64,000 nt of DNA from Asterias rubens (Eukaryota): the NCBI RefSeq assembly GCF_902459465.1, contig NC_047081.1:10974001-11038000 (forward strand), written 5' to 3'. Shown in pieces: positions 1 to 21,900 of the stretch. The notes beneath the pieces are model-generated. The model saw nothing but the letters and a program-made list of their open reading frames with translations, did not search any database and had not been told where the DNA came from. How positions within the stretch are numbered: position 1 is the first letter of the stretch; each line of letters begins with the position of its first letter. Both the position numbers and the translations under genes were made by a program.

Positions 1-72
1 AAGAATATACACCTTTTGAATATTAATGATGCTTCTACTTTCTTGTTTCTTTGCCGTTTTCTTCCTACACAG

Positions 73-3000
73 AACAAATATCACCAAATGTTCCGAGACC
101 TTGTTGACTATTGGTACGAGTGGCTGTTCATGATATCCCTGATGATCCTGTACGTCTGTCTGGTTTTCTTTTTGCCAGTTCCTGGCTGTCCAACGTAAGT
201 AAAGATCAAGTCAAGCATTTCAGATTTTTTGTCCCTTGAAAAAAATCAGAAAAATTGCGATTGGATAGCCTGAGAAGTGTGATGCAGCCTACACCAAATG
301 TTCATGTGGATTGACGGCCTTGAGGTTCTGGTCAGCTGTTCCTCCTTGCCACTCACTGGCTTGGATTTTTATTCAATTTTTGAATATTTGTATATATTTT
401 TTAATTTCTCATTCTGTTCTATTTTTTGTTTGTAAGACTGTATTTGTTGTATTCCTCAAAGTGTTTTGCCAGTGTGAAATGTAAAAAAAAATATTTTGAT
501 AAAATAAATTTATAAAATTTGTTCGCTCGTTTGGGCTTCCCAGTGGCTACTTTGGACCAGGAGGCCCTCTTGTGGGGGAAAACGGTGAGTTGACAAACTG
601 CACGGGAGGCGCTACGGGCTACATCGACAGGTGGATTCTGGGTGAGAACCATCTTTACTCGCATCCAACGTGTCAGAAGGTGTATCACACCACGTTGAAC
701 TATGACCCCGAGGGAATCCTGGGTTCGATTCCATCAATCTTCATTACCTTTCTTGGACTACAGGTAAATAAACCATCTTGAACCCAATTTCATAGAGCTG
801 CTAAGCACAACAATTTGCTTTGCATGAAATTTTTTGCCTTGATAAAAAAAGGATTACCACGCGATTTTCAGGATAAGCAAACAACAGCTGAATACCAGAA
901 ACAAAACCTCAAGAACACAACCACCTTTTAAAAAAATGAAATGTTCACAGATTCATTTTACTGTATACAGCTACTTTTATATAGGATTAAAACAATCCAA
1001 ATGTTTCAAAAACCAAAGGTATACTTTGCCTTTTTAAGGGACAAAAAATGAACTATAATAATGTAATTTTTAAATAATGTATTTTTTGGACAGGCTGGCA
1101 AGATTTTGCTTCTTCATCAGTTCCATGGCAGTAGGATCAAGCGACTTCTACTCTGGAGTCTTATTACCGTGAGTTAACCGCTCTTTACTGCCACCTTTAC
1201 TGCGGTCTTACCGAAGTTGTAAATGGTTTACCGGAGATATGTACGCCATGGCTGAGTGACACATGACACATGTTTCCTTTAGCAAGGTGCTTCACTATGA
1301 CCTCGCCTCACCCAGGGGTATAAAATGAGTAACTGTAAGGGTAGATGTTTGAAAAACGGTAGATGTTTGAAAAAGTCTTTTGAGCGCCACAGCAGCCCAG
1401 GGCTGTATACTCCCCAGGGAGCGGAGAAAGATTACAGGAAAGTTTTTAACCCAATGACCAGGGCACTAATGTATAGCACGTCAGCTTGGGGAATTCGAAC
1501 CCACACCTGCAATTTAACCACTGGACCACAATGACACTGAATAGTTGGTAAGACACTGCTGTAGCATTGCAAAGGTCATTGGTCTGAATCCCACCCAAGT
1601 AATATGCAGGTGTTTTCTTCACAGAACTCGGGTAAGTACCGAGTATACAGTGCTAACACATATCGGTGTGGGTACCCAAATGAATAAGACACTAAACCAG
1701 TGGTAATTCACTGAAACCTCTGCATACTAGTAGTAAAATTAATAAAAACTTAACATTGCTATTGTTATTATCATAATTGAATTTCGAACATGTTTTTTTT
1801 CCTACTTATAATTTCAGGGTGGACCAGCCATTTTGTTGTGTGAGGCATCAAAAGAAGATGGATGGATCCCGGTCAGCAAAAACCTCTGGTGAGAAAAATG
1901 TGTTCTTCACCAGAATCTTAACTTTGTCCATTTTGATGTCCAAACTCTTACAATCTGGCGTTTGAAATTCTTGTTCACAAACAAAACTACCACAAGATAC
2001 ATTTTGTTGGTTGCCTTTAATTACTATCAGCAATGATTGGTTTGTAAACAAATTTATGAACCTGAAATCTTAAGGAGAAAAAAAACATTTGGAAAGAAAC
2101 GAAAGGGTTACATTTTCATGCAAAATTTCTTTGCAGGAAAATAAATAAAGTAAAACAATTAAATTGGGGTTGAATAAAACTTGTTTTTAAAGAGCAGAAT
2201 CTAAAGCTAAAAAATATATAGCCATATGTTGGCGTTCTCCCTATTTGTCAATATCTTTGTTCGGGGTACCTGTCGGAAGCCATACAATCATAAACTGCCA
2301 AGTTTTTTATATAACCTGGGTAGTGGCAGGAGGGGGATCACCTTGTGCCAGTACATGTGATACTCATAGAGTTTCCCTTGTGATTTATTATATATAAATA
2401 AATAAACGTAAGAATAAACAAGATGATGTATTTGTCAACAGGTCCTTGTCATTTGTTTTGGCTCTTGCCGGCACGTCATTCTTATTGCTGACGTTTTGTT
2501 ACATCGTCATCGACATGAAACAGTGGTGGTCTGGGGTGCCGTTCTTCTTTGCTGGTTAGTAGTGCCACATATTATTGCAATTTTGTTTGTTTTTTTGTCT
2601 TTCTGTAATAAAAGCCAAGGGCGCGCCTTTGAAGCAAAGTTCATAACTTAATTTGGTCAAAACAGGCATGATATTCTTCCTACTTTACTCTGATTTCAGA
2701 TTTGTTGTCCCTCGCTAAAATCTGAATAATTGTGATTAAACAGCCTGGAATGTCTTTTAAAACCTACACTTTGCATAAATGTAGGTCAGCCTTTGTACTA
2801 AAAAAAAATTCTTACAATTTGCCAAGGACCAAATATCATGAAGGTCGGATCTTTCATAATCGTAAATACACGACTTGAACCACACAGAAAGATGTTTCTC
2901 ACAGAAATTTTCATATGCGACTCTCATTGTACATGTTTCTTGAAAATTGTGCCTTTAAATCAGCATTACATTATAATCAACAAACTATGACCATACCTTG

Positions 3001-3312
3001 TGTAGCTGTCTATTTCCACTATTAGTTTGGATTCCGTTTTGGTTTTTTGTTTTTGTTTGCAAACCGTGCAAAGTTTTGATGGTTGTGTTTACATTCCAAT
3101 GTAAACACCACTTCTTTTCCCTGTTTTCATTAGGTATGAACCCCATCACACTGTACTGCGGTCATGAAATCTTGATGGGACAGTTCCCGTTCAGCTGGAG
3201 CCCTGTGTACGGCACTCACGCCGAGTTACTCTCCATGAGTCTGCTGTGTTCTTCACTCTGGGTCTGCATCGCTTACTACATGTTCAAGATTAACTTCTTC
3301 GTCAAGATTTGA
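73..3312 (+). CDS. HGSNAT: Heparan-alpha-glucosaminide N-acetyltransferase, last six coding exons (5' part lies outside the window)
   Basis: Exons 73-194, 544-763, 1094-1168, 1818-1888, 2442-2554 and 3134-3312 have GT-AG boundaries and consistent phase. They translate to ...PVPGCPTGYFGPGG...[26 protein letters not shown]...[10 protein letters not shown]...[13 protein letters not shown]...[12 protein letters not shown]...FFVKI*, which matches the HGSNAT C-terminal half I know. Confidence 0.95.
1540..1690 (+). mobile_element. tRNA-derived SINE (family G), degenerate copy
   Basis: Shares gacactgct..gcaaaggtc..B-box-like..cacagaactcgggtaagtaccgagtatacagtgctaacac with the copies at 54140-54300, 53105-53380, 27930-28110(-), 50350-50490(-) and 13700-13800(-). 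Confidence 0.7.
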
Positions 3313-5139
3313 GTGGACAACTGCAATTGTGTTGTTACCTTGTTCTTAGTGATGTACGATCTCGCTGCGCTATTTTTTCCCCCAAAAAAGTCTCAAGTTC
3401 TGTATCCTTTTTTTTGTTATCCAAGTTTACCCCAAACAAGGTTTAAAGCTAACTCTATAAGGGGGCTACAAGAAGAAAATGATTAAACATGAGAGCTGGA
3501 GGAAGGAATTGATATTGCTCTTAATTGATTTTCCATTTTTATCGTAAATTGTTGCAATAATTCAGCATTTGGCTGCTAAATGACAGTTTTGTTATTAACC
3601 ATAAAAACAATAACTGTGTAATACATAACAAAAAACTGTACTTAAATTCTAAAAAGAAATTGTGAAAACAATTGTGTATTTGAATTTGTTTTTGTAATTT
3701 TTGACACTGCATATTTTTTATTTATGAATTGGTATTATTATATATTTCTGGTAATGAACGAAAAGGAGGCCTAATTAAGTGAACTATTCATTGTAGCTTG
3801 CAAGCCTGAAGAAACCTGTAAACAAGGGTAATTGCTAGTGACACAGAAACACCTAGGGTAATAGCTCTGGCAGAATGTAAATCTTTCGTAAATGTAGAAG
3901 AATGACTCATAAATTTACAAGTGGTTTGATTTTTCGGTTGAGTATTTCACTAAGACTAAAAGAGCCCTCTTACATGCATGTACCACAGACTGCCACGAAG
4001 TACCATTCCTTCTAGGCTAGCATCGGGTGCACAGGTTTGTTTGTACATCTGGTCAGGAATTACATGGAGATAACAGGTGTGAGTTGTCTGATGAAAAGGG
4101 TGTATTAATTGAGCCTCTTTCTTTAATGGAGCTTCCCGTAATGTGCAGATTCCTTAAAATGTTTAGAGCTGCTTCCTGTGTAGAAAAATGGGAGGGGAAC
4201 TTTTGTCTTGCCATTCTTTATAATCATCATTTCGCAAAGACATGACAGTCGAGTTTCTGTCAGAAATGCTGTAGCCCTAAACGTTAAAATGAAAGACTGT
4301 CCAATTGTAGTAGATGTGCATGCATGTGCTAACTTAGTAAAAAATAAAATAATATAGTGACATTTATGCTAAAAAGACCCATTATTATGAAAGATCAGTA
4401 TGATGGAAAAGAGACATGTTAACCGGGTTGGGCAATTTGGCTTTAAAAAGCATTTGTTATGAAATAATATAGTAGGACAAATTTGTTTAAAGTAGGATGT
4501 AATGATCGATTCACCCAACTGACTCTTGAAACTGTGTGGTTTTACATTTACTTTATGAACCAATGGGGTCCGCCATTTTGTAGAGTAAAAAAATGTGATT
4601 CCACAAAATGGTGGACTGTATTACAATTTCATGTACGTGTAGTTCAGACGGTAAAAGGAGGGATAGTTATGTGAATCATTATACTTTTAAAACATCTTTT
4701 CAACCATATTAATTTTATGACAAAATGCTTTTATACCCCAAAGTGCCTTACAAAGGCAACGTTCTGCTTATTTGTTATATTTACAAAATGGGATCAGATT
4801 GTAACCGATACCTTGACAATTTCATCACACTTGGAGTTTGGTCTCGATGGCAAGCTTAAAATAAAGTAATTTATTTTTAATATAAAATTAGTTTTAATTA
4901 GGAGTATTGATGAAACTCGGCAAAATAAAAAATAAAACTGCAATTTAAAAGTATTTTTTTCTGACAGTGACATTATTCTTGGATTGAGAGTGCTTTAGCT
5001 ATATTAATGATACAATTTAAATTGAGCATGTTTACGAAGCCAAAATTGAAGACAAAGAGTACAGTTTTTCGATACGTGAAAAAAAATAGTTTTCAACCGT
5101 GTTTGTTTACAGTCCGTCTGGTCCTTTATTTTTTATTTT

Positions 5140-5325
5140 TTGCGCGCCTCATACCCTCACACAAAACAATACACGCACCAAATGCGCATTGTGCATTTAA
5201 TTCAACTTCGTTTCCATGAGGCGTAAGCAGCGTCGATCTCTCGAGTTAGTCACAGGTGACACAATGCACAAAGATGAAACTCCGTGAAAACACCGGAAAC
5301 GAGGACGAGACGCATGCAGACAAAA

Positions 5326-5330
<5 letters not shown>
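5140..5330 (+). promoter_or_regulatory. CpG-enriched KAT8 promoter/5'UTR region
   Basis: Local CpG enrichment upstream of an ATG in strong context (caaaaATGgc). The ATG overlaps a YY1-like AAAATGGC motif. The TSS is not determined. Confidence 0.45.
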
Positions 5331-12601
<7,271 letters not shown>

Positions 12602-13604
12602 GTGTTTCTTGTGGAGGCAGTGTTGAAGAAGTTTGAATTTTTTTAATGTTAATATTATGTACCAGATAAGTTTTTGTTTTGTTTTGTAATATATTGTATA
12701 GATAAAAACCAAATCAAGTACATGTATCAAGGGATGCTTCATTACATCGTAAATAGCTCTTGAGGGTTGGGTGATAGATTGCTAAGTACTCCAAAAATTA
12801 AGGATCATAGAAACTTACGTGGTAAGAAGCACTGCAGCTGTTTGAGAGTACGCATTATTTTGAAGTATTATAGTTTTGAGAAGTTTTCACTCGGGAATCA
12901 TTTGAATCTGTGAATCGATTTATGCTTTCAAACAATTTTTGAGGGTTGAAAGAAAATTTGAGTTTCTGTGTTGTCGATTCGTGAATAATGCAGCCAGCGA
13001 TGAGTCTAATACTCACTTCTCTCTAATGTGAATGGATTTGACGTTCTTGAAAATACTGCTGTATCATTTTTGAACTGTTTTCTCAAGAAGTAGACACTGT
13101 ATTCAGCTGAAACTTTCACATGTGACTTTTATTATATTTTTCTTAATTCTTGTACCAATATATCAGCATAACATTGACAAAAAACAATTCATGAGCCTAT
13201 CTTTAAGTTTGGAAAGTGCTACACTGTGGCTCAAAACATTCTACAGCTTAATTTGACAACTGGTTCAAGTTTGCGAACATGAGCAGTGCAACCAACACCA
13301 GTCAAGACGGAAACAAGTTAATTTGTATAAATTGAAATATATACTGGTTTCGTCTAAGATGGGAAGTTTCGTTGGTTGTTTATGGTTGGTGAAATCTTGA
13401 AATATAAAAATCTTCCCCTAATTAACAAGATTTATGAAGGACAGTTTTCTTGTTTTTTTTTGTTGTTTTTTTTAAAAGAGGAGATGCTTGACGCTCTGTG
13501 AAGTTTTTTTTATACACCCGTCTGCACTTTATCAAAGTTAATCATTTTCCATATTGCTCAGTAGAATGGAGTATTATATGAGTTTGATGTCAATATTGGT
13601 TTTG

Positions 13605-13610
13605 AATAAA
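13605..13610 (+). terminator. Candidate KAT8 polyadenylation signal AATAAA
   Basis: AATAAA about 1 kb after the stop codon, followed by T/GT-rich sequence. Usage is not demonstrated. Confidence 0.35.
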
Positions 13611-14493
13611 AGCTAATGAGATTGTTATTATAATTTATTCCTTTGTAGTTTCCACATTTCTTTAAATTGTTTTAAGGGAGAACTCACAAGTTTGGCATGG
13701 CGGGACATTGTTTGGTTTTACCCATACACCGGTGTGTGTACTGTATACTTGGTACTTTACCCAGTTCTGTGAAAACAATTCACAGGCATATATAATTGAG
13801 CCTTGACAATTTAGAGAAGATGTCTTGCCAACTAATGTTCCAGTGCATTGTTAAAATGTTCTGCTGGACCATGACATGCCAAACGACAGGGAGATTATAT
13901 TTTATGCATGAGTTAACTGACATGAGTGAACCCTTGTGCTCTTGACTCAAATCCAATTTGTCACTTGAGTACATTAAACAAAATGATTTGTTGACATTTG
14001 TGTGAATTTCCCTTCAGAAACATAATTTCAGAATTTAGGTATAAATTACTAAGCACAGTAATATATATATAATGTTATAAAAATTATACTATATACCCTG
14101 ATATCAAATATAGACTAACATCAAAATATATTACTGAATGCTGAAAATTTGAACAACAAAATTACAAATAAAACAAAAATATTACACTATCAGACACAAA
14201 TTTGTACAAAACTGTTTTGCATTGTGCAGACTATGTAATGTGTCATCATGTTAACAAAAAGAACCAAACATTAAATCTTCATTGAGATGGCACTGTCATT
14301 AAGTATGGCACTGTTAAGTATAAAGAAAGAGGACACATCTCAAACCTTGTACATGATGTGTGTACAGATGTATTTTTACAACTCATGAGAATTGATTTGG
14401 AAGTTTAGACACAAAAAATAAAGTTTCCTAAAGTGAGGCCTGGGGGCCTTTCACAAACCCCGGCTTGGGCTCCGGCTCAGGCTCTGCATGCAT

Positions 14494-14735
14494 GAGCCAA
14501 TTTCATAGAGCTGCTTAAGCAAAAAAATTGCTTAAGCACGAAAATAGCTCGCTTATTTTACACATGTTACTGGCCAAAATTTCATGCAACATACTTTGCT
14601 TGTGACTGGTATTTAGCTGTTGTTTACTTAGCATACCAATTGAGTGGAGTCTTGGCCGGTAATCTGATTTTACTAAGCAATGATTTTTTTGCTTAAGCAA
14701 AATTTAGTGCTTAAGCAGCTCTATGAAATTGGGCC
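14494..14735. mobile_element. Harbinger/Tourist-type MITE (family D)
   Basis: TIRs are ccaatttcatagagctgcttaagc and gcttaagcagctctatgaaattgggcc, followed by ctg. Related fragments lie near 780, 11650-11710, 18367-18440, 28690-28830, 41660-41722, 45359-45740, 52580-52725 and 61040-61230. Confidence 0.75.
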
Positions 14736-14935
14736 CTGATGTTCGTGCAATACGCGCTGCTCCAAAATGCAGGTCAAAGACGGAGCTGCAAACACAGCCC
14801 GCAGACCCTAAGCGGGAGCCCAAGCCAAGAAAGGCACCTGCAATGCATTGTGTGAGGTGACTCTTTTTGTTAACAAATGTTACATGGCCTTTATAACATA
14901 GCAATTCCAAGATTAGTTCGTTTTTTATGTTTTAA

Positions 14936-15311
14936 AGTCAGTGGACACTATTGGTAATTGTCATAGACCAGTCTTCTCACTTGGTGTATCTCAACATATG
15001 CATAAAATAACAAACCTGTGAAAATTTAAGCGCGATCGGTCGTCGGAGTTGCGAGATAACTATGAAAGAAAAAAACACCATTGTCACACGAAGTTGTGTG
15101 CTTTTAGATGCTTGATTTCGAGACCTCAAGTTTTAAACTTGAGGTCTCGAAATCGTGGAAAATGACTTTTTTCTCCAAAACTACGTCACTTCAGAGGGAG
15201 CCGTTTCTCACAATGTTTTAATACTATCAACCTCTCCCCATTACTCGTTACCCAATCAAGGTTTTATGCCAATACTAATTTTGAGTAATTACCAATAGTG
15301 TCCACTGCCCT
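14936..15311 (-). mobile_element. Kolobok/T2-type MITE (family A), reverse orientation
   Basis: Ends are ttaa|agtcagtggacactattggtaattg and aattaccaatagtgtccactgcc. The interior is the reverse complement of 10477-10832. Confidence 0.85.
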
Positions 15312-15969
15312 GAAAAAACATCGGTCTCTGAACAGAAAGCTCAAAAAATGAGTGTTCATAAATATCATCTGCTGTGGTGATTTTGAGGCAGTTTAACGCC
15401 AAGCTGGCGTTAAAAGCCAATCTCTTTCATACAAATATTGGTTTTATAATAATAAATTGCACAAATCAAGAAATTATGATTCAGTATTACTAGACGATCA
15501 AACTTATTGTCGCCATCATTGTGAAATGGTTAGCTTGGTAGGATTCGAGCCCACAACCGTATGATTGGTAGTCTAACTCTGATCAGTTGGTAACATTCAA
15601 AGTGCTAATGAGCATGGCACCAACATGGCCTGTCGGCAAGTCGTACAATCTGATTATTGTATAGACCTTTCAAGTTTTTGCCTAATGAGTTTGGCAAACT
15701 ATGGAAAGCAACAAATGCAAAAACAAATAGCCACAGTTTATAACAACAGTAAAACAGATACATCCATTCCAATAATAACGGTGTTGAATTTGTTGGAAAT
15801 AAAGCAACCAGCCATAGGTGGTATTGAATTTAATTTTAAAAGTTTGCAGCAGATATTGAATTTGGCTAACACATTTGTTAACACGACTGAATGTTTTGCT
15901 AACATCCAGCCGCCCGTTTAGCAAAAATGGGAAAGGTCTATACATTACCATCTTGATGACCTTTTGAAC

Positions 15970-18900
15970 TTATGACCTCGGTGTAAGCTTGACCTGAATA
16001 CCACCGCTGGGACGTAGAATCAGCTCCGACAGTGGCAACACTTCGTCTGGAGTCTGCAGGGATTGGATGTTGAACCGTCTCAGGACGGCAGACACCATCA
16101 CCTTCTCTTCCATCATAGCGAAGCGTTGACCTAAAAACAACAGATCAAAATTGATCAAAAACATTTCTCTTTTTTTCTTTTTTTCCAAAATTCAATTCAT
16201 TTTGTCATAAGTAGTTACTAAAAGTAGTAAACTTGCAAGTGCAACTATGTATTTAATTTTGTTGTGGGTATGATGGCTCTGAGAAGATCAGGTGTGGTCG
16301 CGACGTTATGATTCTGTTCGAAAGTACCATAGTTATTAAAACTTTTGTTTTACATGTTTGTTTAAGAGAAAAGGAAAATTCCGAAAAATCACCCAATCTT
16401 TAGGCAAGGGCTCTGTAAACAAAACACAATAGCCACAAAATTGTGCATCGAACTCACCGATACAGTTTCTTGCGCCGGCTGAGAAAGGTACGTAGGCGTA
16501 GGCGTGACGGTTAACGCAATTCTCCGGCAAGAATCTATCGGGATCAAACTCCTCAGGGTTGGGGAATACCTCGGGGTCCCTATGGAGCCCAGTAATCAGG
16601 GCGATAGCATTCACCCCTTTGGGTAACTTGTATCCACCTTTGGGTATAAGAATATCAAGAGGGGCTCGTCAGGCTGTTGATTAACTATTCTGAGGAAGAA
16701 TTCGCCTGAAGGTAATTAGGTTTGGATAGTTTTTCAGTATAAAATCTGAGAAAAGATTCAGCATGAATATTTCCTCAGATTTCTGAGGGTTGGTGTGTCC
16801 GTTCGTGAATGCTGCGGCCAGAGGTGCGGTTGGTACCCTCGCTAAGAGTGGATGGATTCAAAAATATTGCGACAGTTTTGTAACCGTTTTCTCAGCAAGA
16901 GGACACTGTATTCAGCTGATACTTTCACATGTGGCTTTCATTATGTCTTTCTTCATACTACTTGCTAAGGTGCTGTGGATTTTAAGAAATTAGTATAAAA
17001 AAAAATTACAAAAACAATTTTCGTCTCAATGAGACAGAAATTATTTTAGCATGTTTTTACGCAACGGATTCTCCTAAAGAAAAAAAAAAAGCTCTGTGCT
17101 TTCCTTTTTTTTTCTTCTCAAAAACTTGACAACTAATGAAGCTGAAACTACTACAGGTAAATTATGCTACATACATGTACATCTTCATTCAGTGTGTAGC
17201 GACACATTGTCATGCCACAAATGGATTATTAAAAAAAAGAACCCCCTGTGAGGATGGGAAGTTTTTCCACTCACCAATCACACAATCCTCCTCAAGGGTG
17301 CGTCCGATGAAAGGCACAGAGGGATAAATCCTGAGAGTTTCCTTCAAGACGCGGGTCAGGTACGAAAGACGCTGCAGCTGGTCAGACGTTGCTGGCTCAT
17401 CATTGTCACCTAAGAGGGCATTACAGGAACGATGCCAGAATAAAACATCATTTTCACGCGACAACTCACACCTGTTATCTTTATGTCATTCCTTTTCAAA
17501 ACAATGGACTAATCATGCACAAACCAATAGGGCTGCTAACTGCCCCAGGTGGATTAACTGCTCATCCATTGAGTTTAAAGGCACTGTATACGTTTGGTAA
17601 TTGTCAACAACCAGTGTTCTTACTTGGTGTATCCCATCATAAGCATAAAATAACAAGCCTGTGAAAATTTGGGCTCAATTGGTCATCGAAGTTGGACGAA
17701 TTTGTGTGCTTTCAGATAGGAATAAAAGACTTCTAGCTAAAAGTCTTTTAATATTTTAGTGAGAAATTACCTCTTTCTCAAAAAGGTACTTCAAAGGGAA
17801 TCAGTTCCCACAATGTTTTATACTATCAACATCTCTCCAATGCTCGTTACTATGTCAGTTATAAAGTTAATATTTGTTTTGAGTAATTACCAAACATGTA
17901 CCTTCCCTTTAATGACTAAAGTATTCCAATATAAACACACTCACTCCCTGTATACAGGATAACAGCAATGTTACTGGCCCATCGAATCAAATTGTGCCTA
18001 CCAGATCAGGTTACCAGCCAAAATACCATTCAACATATTTATGAATGGTATCCTGTTTATTTTTGCCTACCAGAAAATTGTCAAGCAATATATTTTGCAG
18101 TTTCAGCAGTTGGTAACACTTAAGAAATGTTCTTGTAATATAAGAACTATTTATTTATTTGTTTGTTCCATAAATAAAATGCAAAAATCACAAAATGATT
18201 TTACTCACCAAAGACTTCGTCCAGCTCCTCGTGGACCCTCTGCTGAATCTCGGGATGTCGTCCCAGTAGGTACAGGCACCAAGATGCACCTGCAGCTGTG
18301 GTGTCATGACCCTAAACAAAAACCAGTCATACAAATATCTAGCAAAACCTACGTAATAGAAAAAGAGCCCACTTTCAAAGAGCTACTTAAGCAGAACAAA
18401 ATTACTATTAACACAAAATGTATTTGCTTAGCAGAGTTAGGCAGACCAGGGCCCAATTTCATGGCTCTGCTTACCGCCGAATTCTGCGCTTACGATCACG
18501 ATTCCCCGCTTACGTGCAAGCGCCGAATTTCTGCGCTAGCCTTGTAAGCGTAGAATGCCTAATAAAGTGGAGTACGCATGCGCAGAAGCCAAAATTCGCC
18601 GCTAGCCCGTGAACAACGCTTGCCGTAAGCACAGAATTCTCTGCTTCCGTAAGCGCCAATTCTGTGCTTACGGTAAGCAGAGCCATGAAATTGGGCCCAG
18701 GAGCTCGTATGACTATTTAGTTAGTCGTTGTAACGCTCATGGGGTAAGAGATGGAGCAACTCAAAAAAAGGAATGTGATTTTTGGAGGAGGTCTTGATCC
18801 CAGTTGTTTATAATGCAGGTCCGTGGCAATTTTATCACAAGGATTCATTTCACATCACACAATATTTCGATTTTCAGAGCAACAGCCAACGTTTTGAGAT

Positions 18901-21900
18901 CTCGTGTGAAACAGGCTTTTGAAACTCAGAAACTCTCACCTCGAACATGAAGGTGTCGACCTCCTCTCTGATATCTTCGAACGTGAAGCTGTTGTCCTCG
19001 CGGTGCATGTGTAGCAGGAGGTCCAGAAAGGCCAGACGCCGCTTCTTGGGCTCTTCCACCGATTGCTCATCAATCCCTCTGGGGTAGAGTTCACTGAACT
19101 TGCTATTTCTCTCTTTAATAACCTAGTGTTGTTTTAGTCAAATAAATAATAATAAAATAATAATAGTAGGAAGATGAAAAGAAAGTAACTGTGTTTGGGG
19201 CGTTTTTTTCAGAGGGAAGACAACCAGACTGTATGTATTCAACCAACAGATATTGTTTTTAAGCCTACAGAACAATTTGGCGTGTTGGCACAGTGCAGGG
19301 TTTTAATGACCAAGGAGACGGACACACTTTTCACTCTGTTTGTTTTATCCCCGTGGAAAACAGACTCAGTGTGGCCCCATGACTTTTCTTACCCCACAAT
19401 TACCTGGGCGCACTTTTAAACTGTGTCCCTATTCAATTCAATTCAATTAATCTTTCTCAGATCCCAAAAAGGGTCATTCAAATGCTCGCATTTAATTCCA
19501 CAGGATTTCAGTTGCACATTTCATTACCCCAGGCTTTTACCGCTACCCCGGGTTGTGCCCATTTGCCAGACCAGGGGTAAAGGAACCGTAGTGTGAAAGG
19601 GCCTGCGGTTATTCAGCCCCGGGGACTATCTAGTGAAAAGAGCTAGAGGTTCAGAAGACTCAATCTGAACCATCCCTCTCTCTATTACAAATTGTAGGTT
19701 TGGAAGGTAACTTACTGAGCTTGTAGCATCATGAAGGACTTTCAAGCATCGAGCGTGCTCTTTACCGCTCGGTAACACGGAGTAGAGACCGTCAAACCAA
19801 TACCAAGGGTACTTCTGTCTCTCTTGGATCAACTCACTCATTCTAGAATAGGAATCAATAAAAAACATAATCCTAACTCTAAAACAAATATTATTAACAA
19901 TGATCAAATATAAAGAGAGGAGAGCTGAGAAGAGCAGCGATTTAAAGAGACCAGATGATGGCGGTGACTCCAGGAGTGCGCCACCACTACAACTTGCAGG
20001 CCTGATACTTCACGGAGGCAACGGAGGCGATTGCCTCCGTTGCCCCTTGCCATTGCCTTGGTGCCCTTGAAATGCTCTAGTAGAAATTTACAATTTCCTC
20101 ATAGGGTGCCCTTTGCCAAAGAGAAAATGCCTTGGTGCCCTTGCCTTTTCAAAAATGAAGCATACAGGTCTGAACTTGAGGACGAGGTGTCCACGGCCAG
20201 AAGTCTTTGCCAAATGATGATGAGAAATATAAAGAGCATTCATACCACTAAATAAAATGAACCAATCTGCCGAAAGGAAAGCAACAAAAGGAACAAAGAG
20301 AGTAAAGAAACAAAAAAATTGATATGTTCATACTTCATCCGTAAACGAATGGCAAGGGCATTAAGCTGAGGAACAATCAATACACACTGTTTTCCAATTG
20401 TGACGCAAGAAAATTCGCTTTGCTTCCGCAAAAGTGTGAACACTTAAACTAGTCAGCGGGTCAATCATAGAGAAGTAAACCAAATTTTCTTTTCCCAACT
20501 CACTTTATGACCGACTGTACGTATTCACTCTTCTCGTCCTCCTGCGCACGGATGTTCTTCCCCATTGCCGTTTCTGCAAAAGTTAAAGTTAAATTTTAAA
20601 GAGACCGAATAAGTACTCACTCTGCAGAAGTGCAGTTAATTGTCTACCTTCCGCCCAGGTAGTGATTAAAATACAGGACAGTTCTTTTCAGAACTCGGAA
20701 GTCTTCTGAATTAAAAAAATCTACTCTGTGGTTGTAGAATATAAAGCAAGATCTCTTTAAGAACAATCTCTACCTGGCAAGTAGATACACACATGGTATT
20801 ACCACAAACCAAATATTTATTGATACCTCACCTGCATGCAATACTTGAAATACCGATTACAAACTATACTTACCACAGATAATATCCAAAGAACACTGTG
20901 TTATAATTGGGAATATGTTAAACGCTCGACCGTCTGCCATTGTCGACAGCTTCCGTGCCAAGATGTCAGCCTTTTCATTAAACACAACCCGAAAGTTGTT
21001 CAGGATGCTGAAATGGAATGTTGGCGTCAGGAGCTTACGACGATGAAACCACTTGCTCCCTTTACTGGAAAAATAAAGAGTTCCAGAAAATTGTATTTGT
21101 GCAGGATTTGAAACCTGTGGCTTGGGTCCAGTTTCGAGCTGTGTGACCGACTCTAAACATGGTGCAGGATTTGAAAACCAGTGGCAATTGGGTCCAGTTT
21201 CGAGCTGTGTGACTGACTCTAAACATTTTAGTATTAAGTAGCAAAGGGTATAAACGAAACGCTCAATTGTTTTGTCAAGTATTCCTTGGACAGCTTGCAA
21301 AATGAGCGTCTTTATTAAAATAGACATAACCCCTCTTAGGAATCATCAATTTCTTAAACTATTTTTTTTCTAATCAGCAGGAGAGAGTGCTTCTTAAATT
21401 ATATGCTTTACTGAACTTTTGAGTGTCATTTGTCTGTTTTGAAAAACATCACCAATCCCGGTTAACTTCCTTGCGTCCCTGTATAGAGGTATTTTGAGTT
21501 TACCTTGTAAGTAGGCCTGCTCCTAGCCACGGATGAAGGAAGTCATACACAAAGCTTTTGGTAATGTGCTTTGTACTGTTAAACAGGACCTTTATAAAAC
21601 AATAAAATAACTCAGCAACAATTTATAAAAATAATAGTATTAATACATACTATCAACAGCTCTCCATTGCTCGTTACCAATACAATTTTCTGCTAACAAT
21701 TTTTTTCAGTTATAACCAATAGTGTCCAGTGCCTTTAAACAACAGAAACATAGCTTAGAGTTTTTCTGGTAAACAACAATTAGCAAGATACCAGTGACAA
21801 CTGTAAATTGCAAGGGGAAAAAATTTTTTTTTTATTTACCTCAGCATCTTTCGCATTATGAATGGCAATCATACAAGTTGGTCCAAGCATGATCCGGAAA

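Noticed and set aside
16458-16490. Heme motif [10 protein letters not shown] instead of the usual FSAGPRNCIG
   Set aside because: A single substitution at a variable position. The Cys ligand and all other motifs are intact, so this is not evidence of pseudogenisation or novelty.
18041-18797. Long plus-strand ORFs (168 aa and others)
   Set aside because: They are composites of the antisense of CYP4V exon 8 and MITE sequence. The same peptides ([25 protein letters not shown]) recur wherever the MITEs occur.
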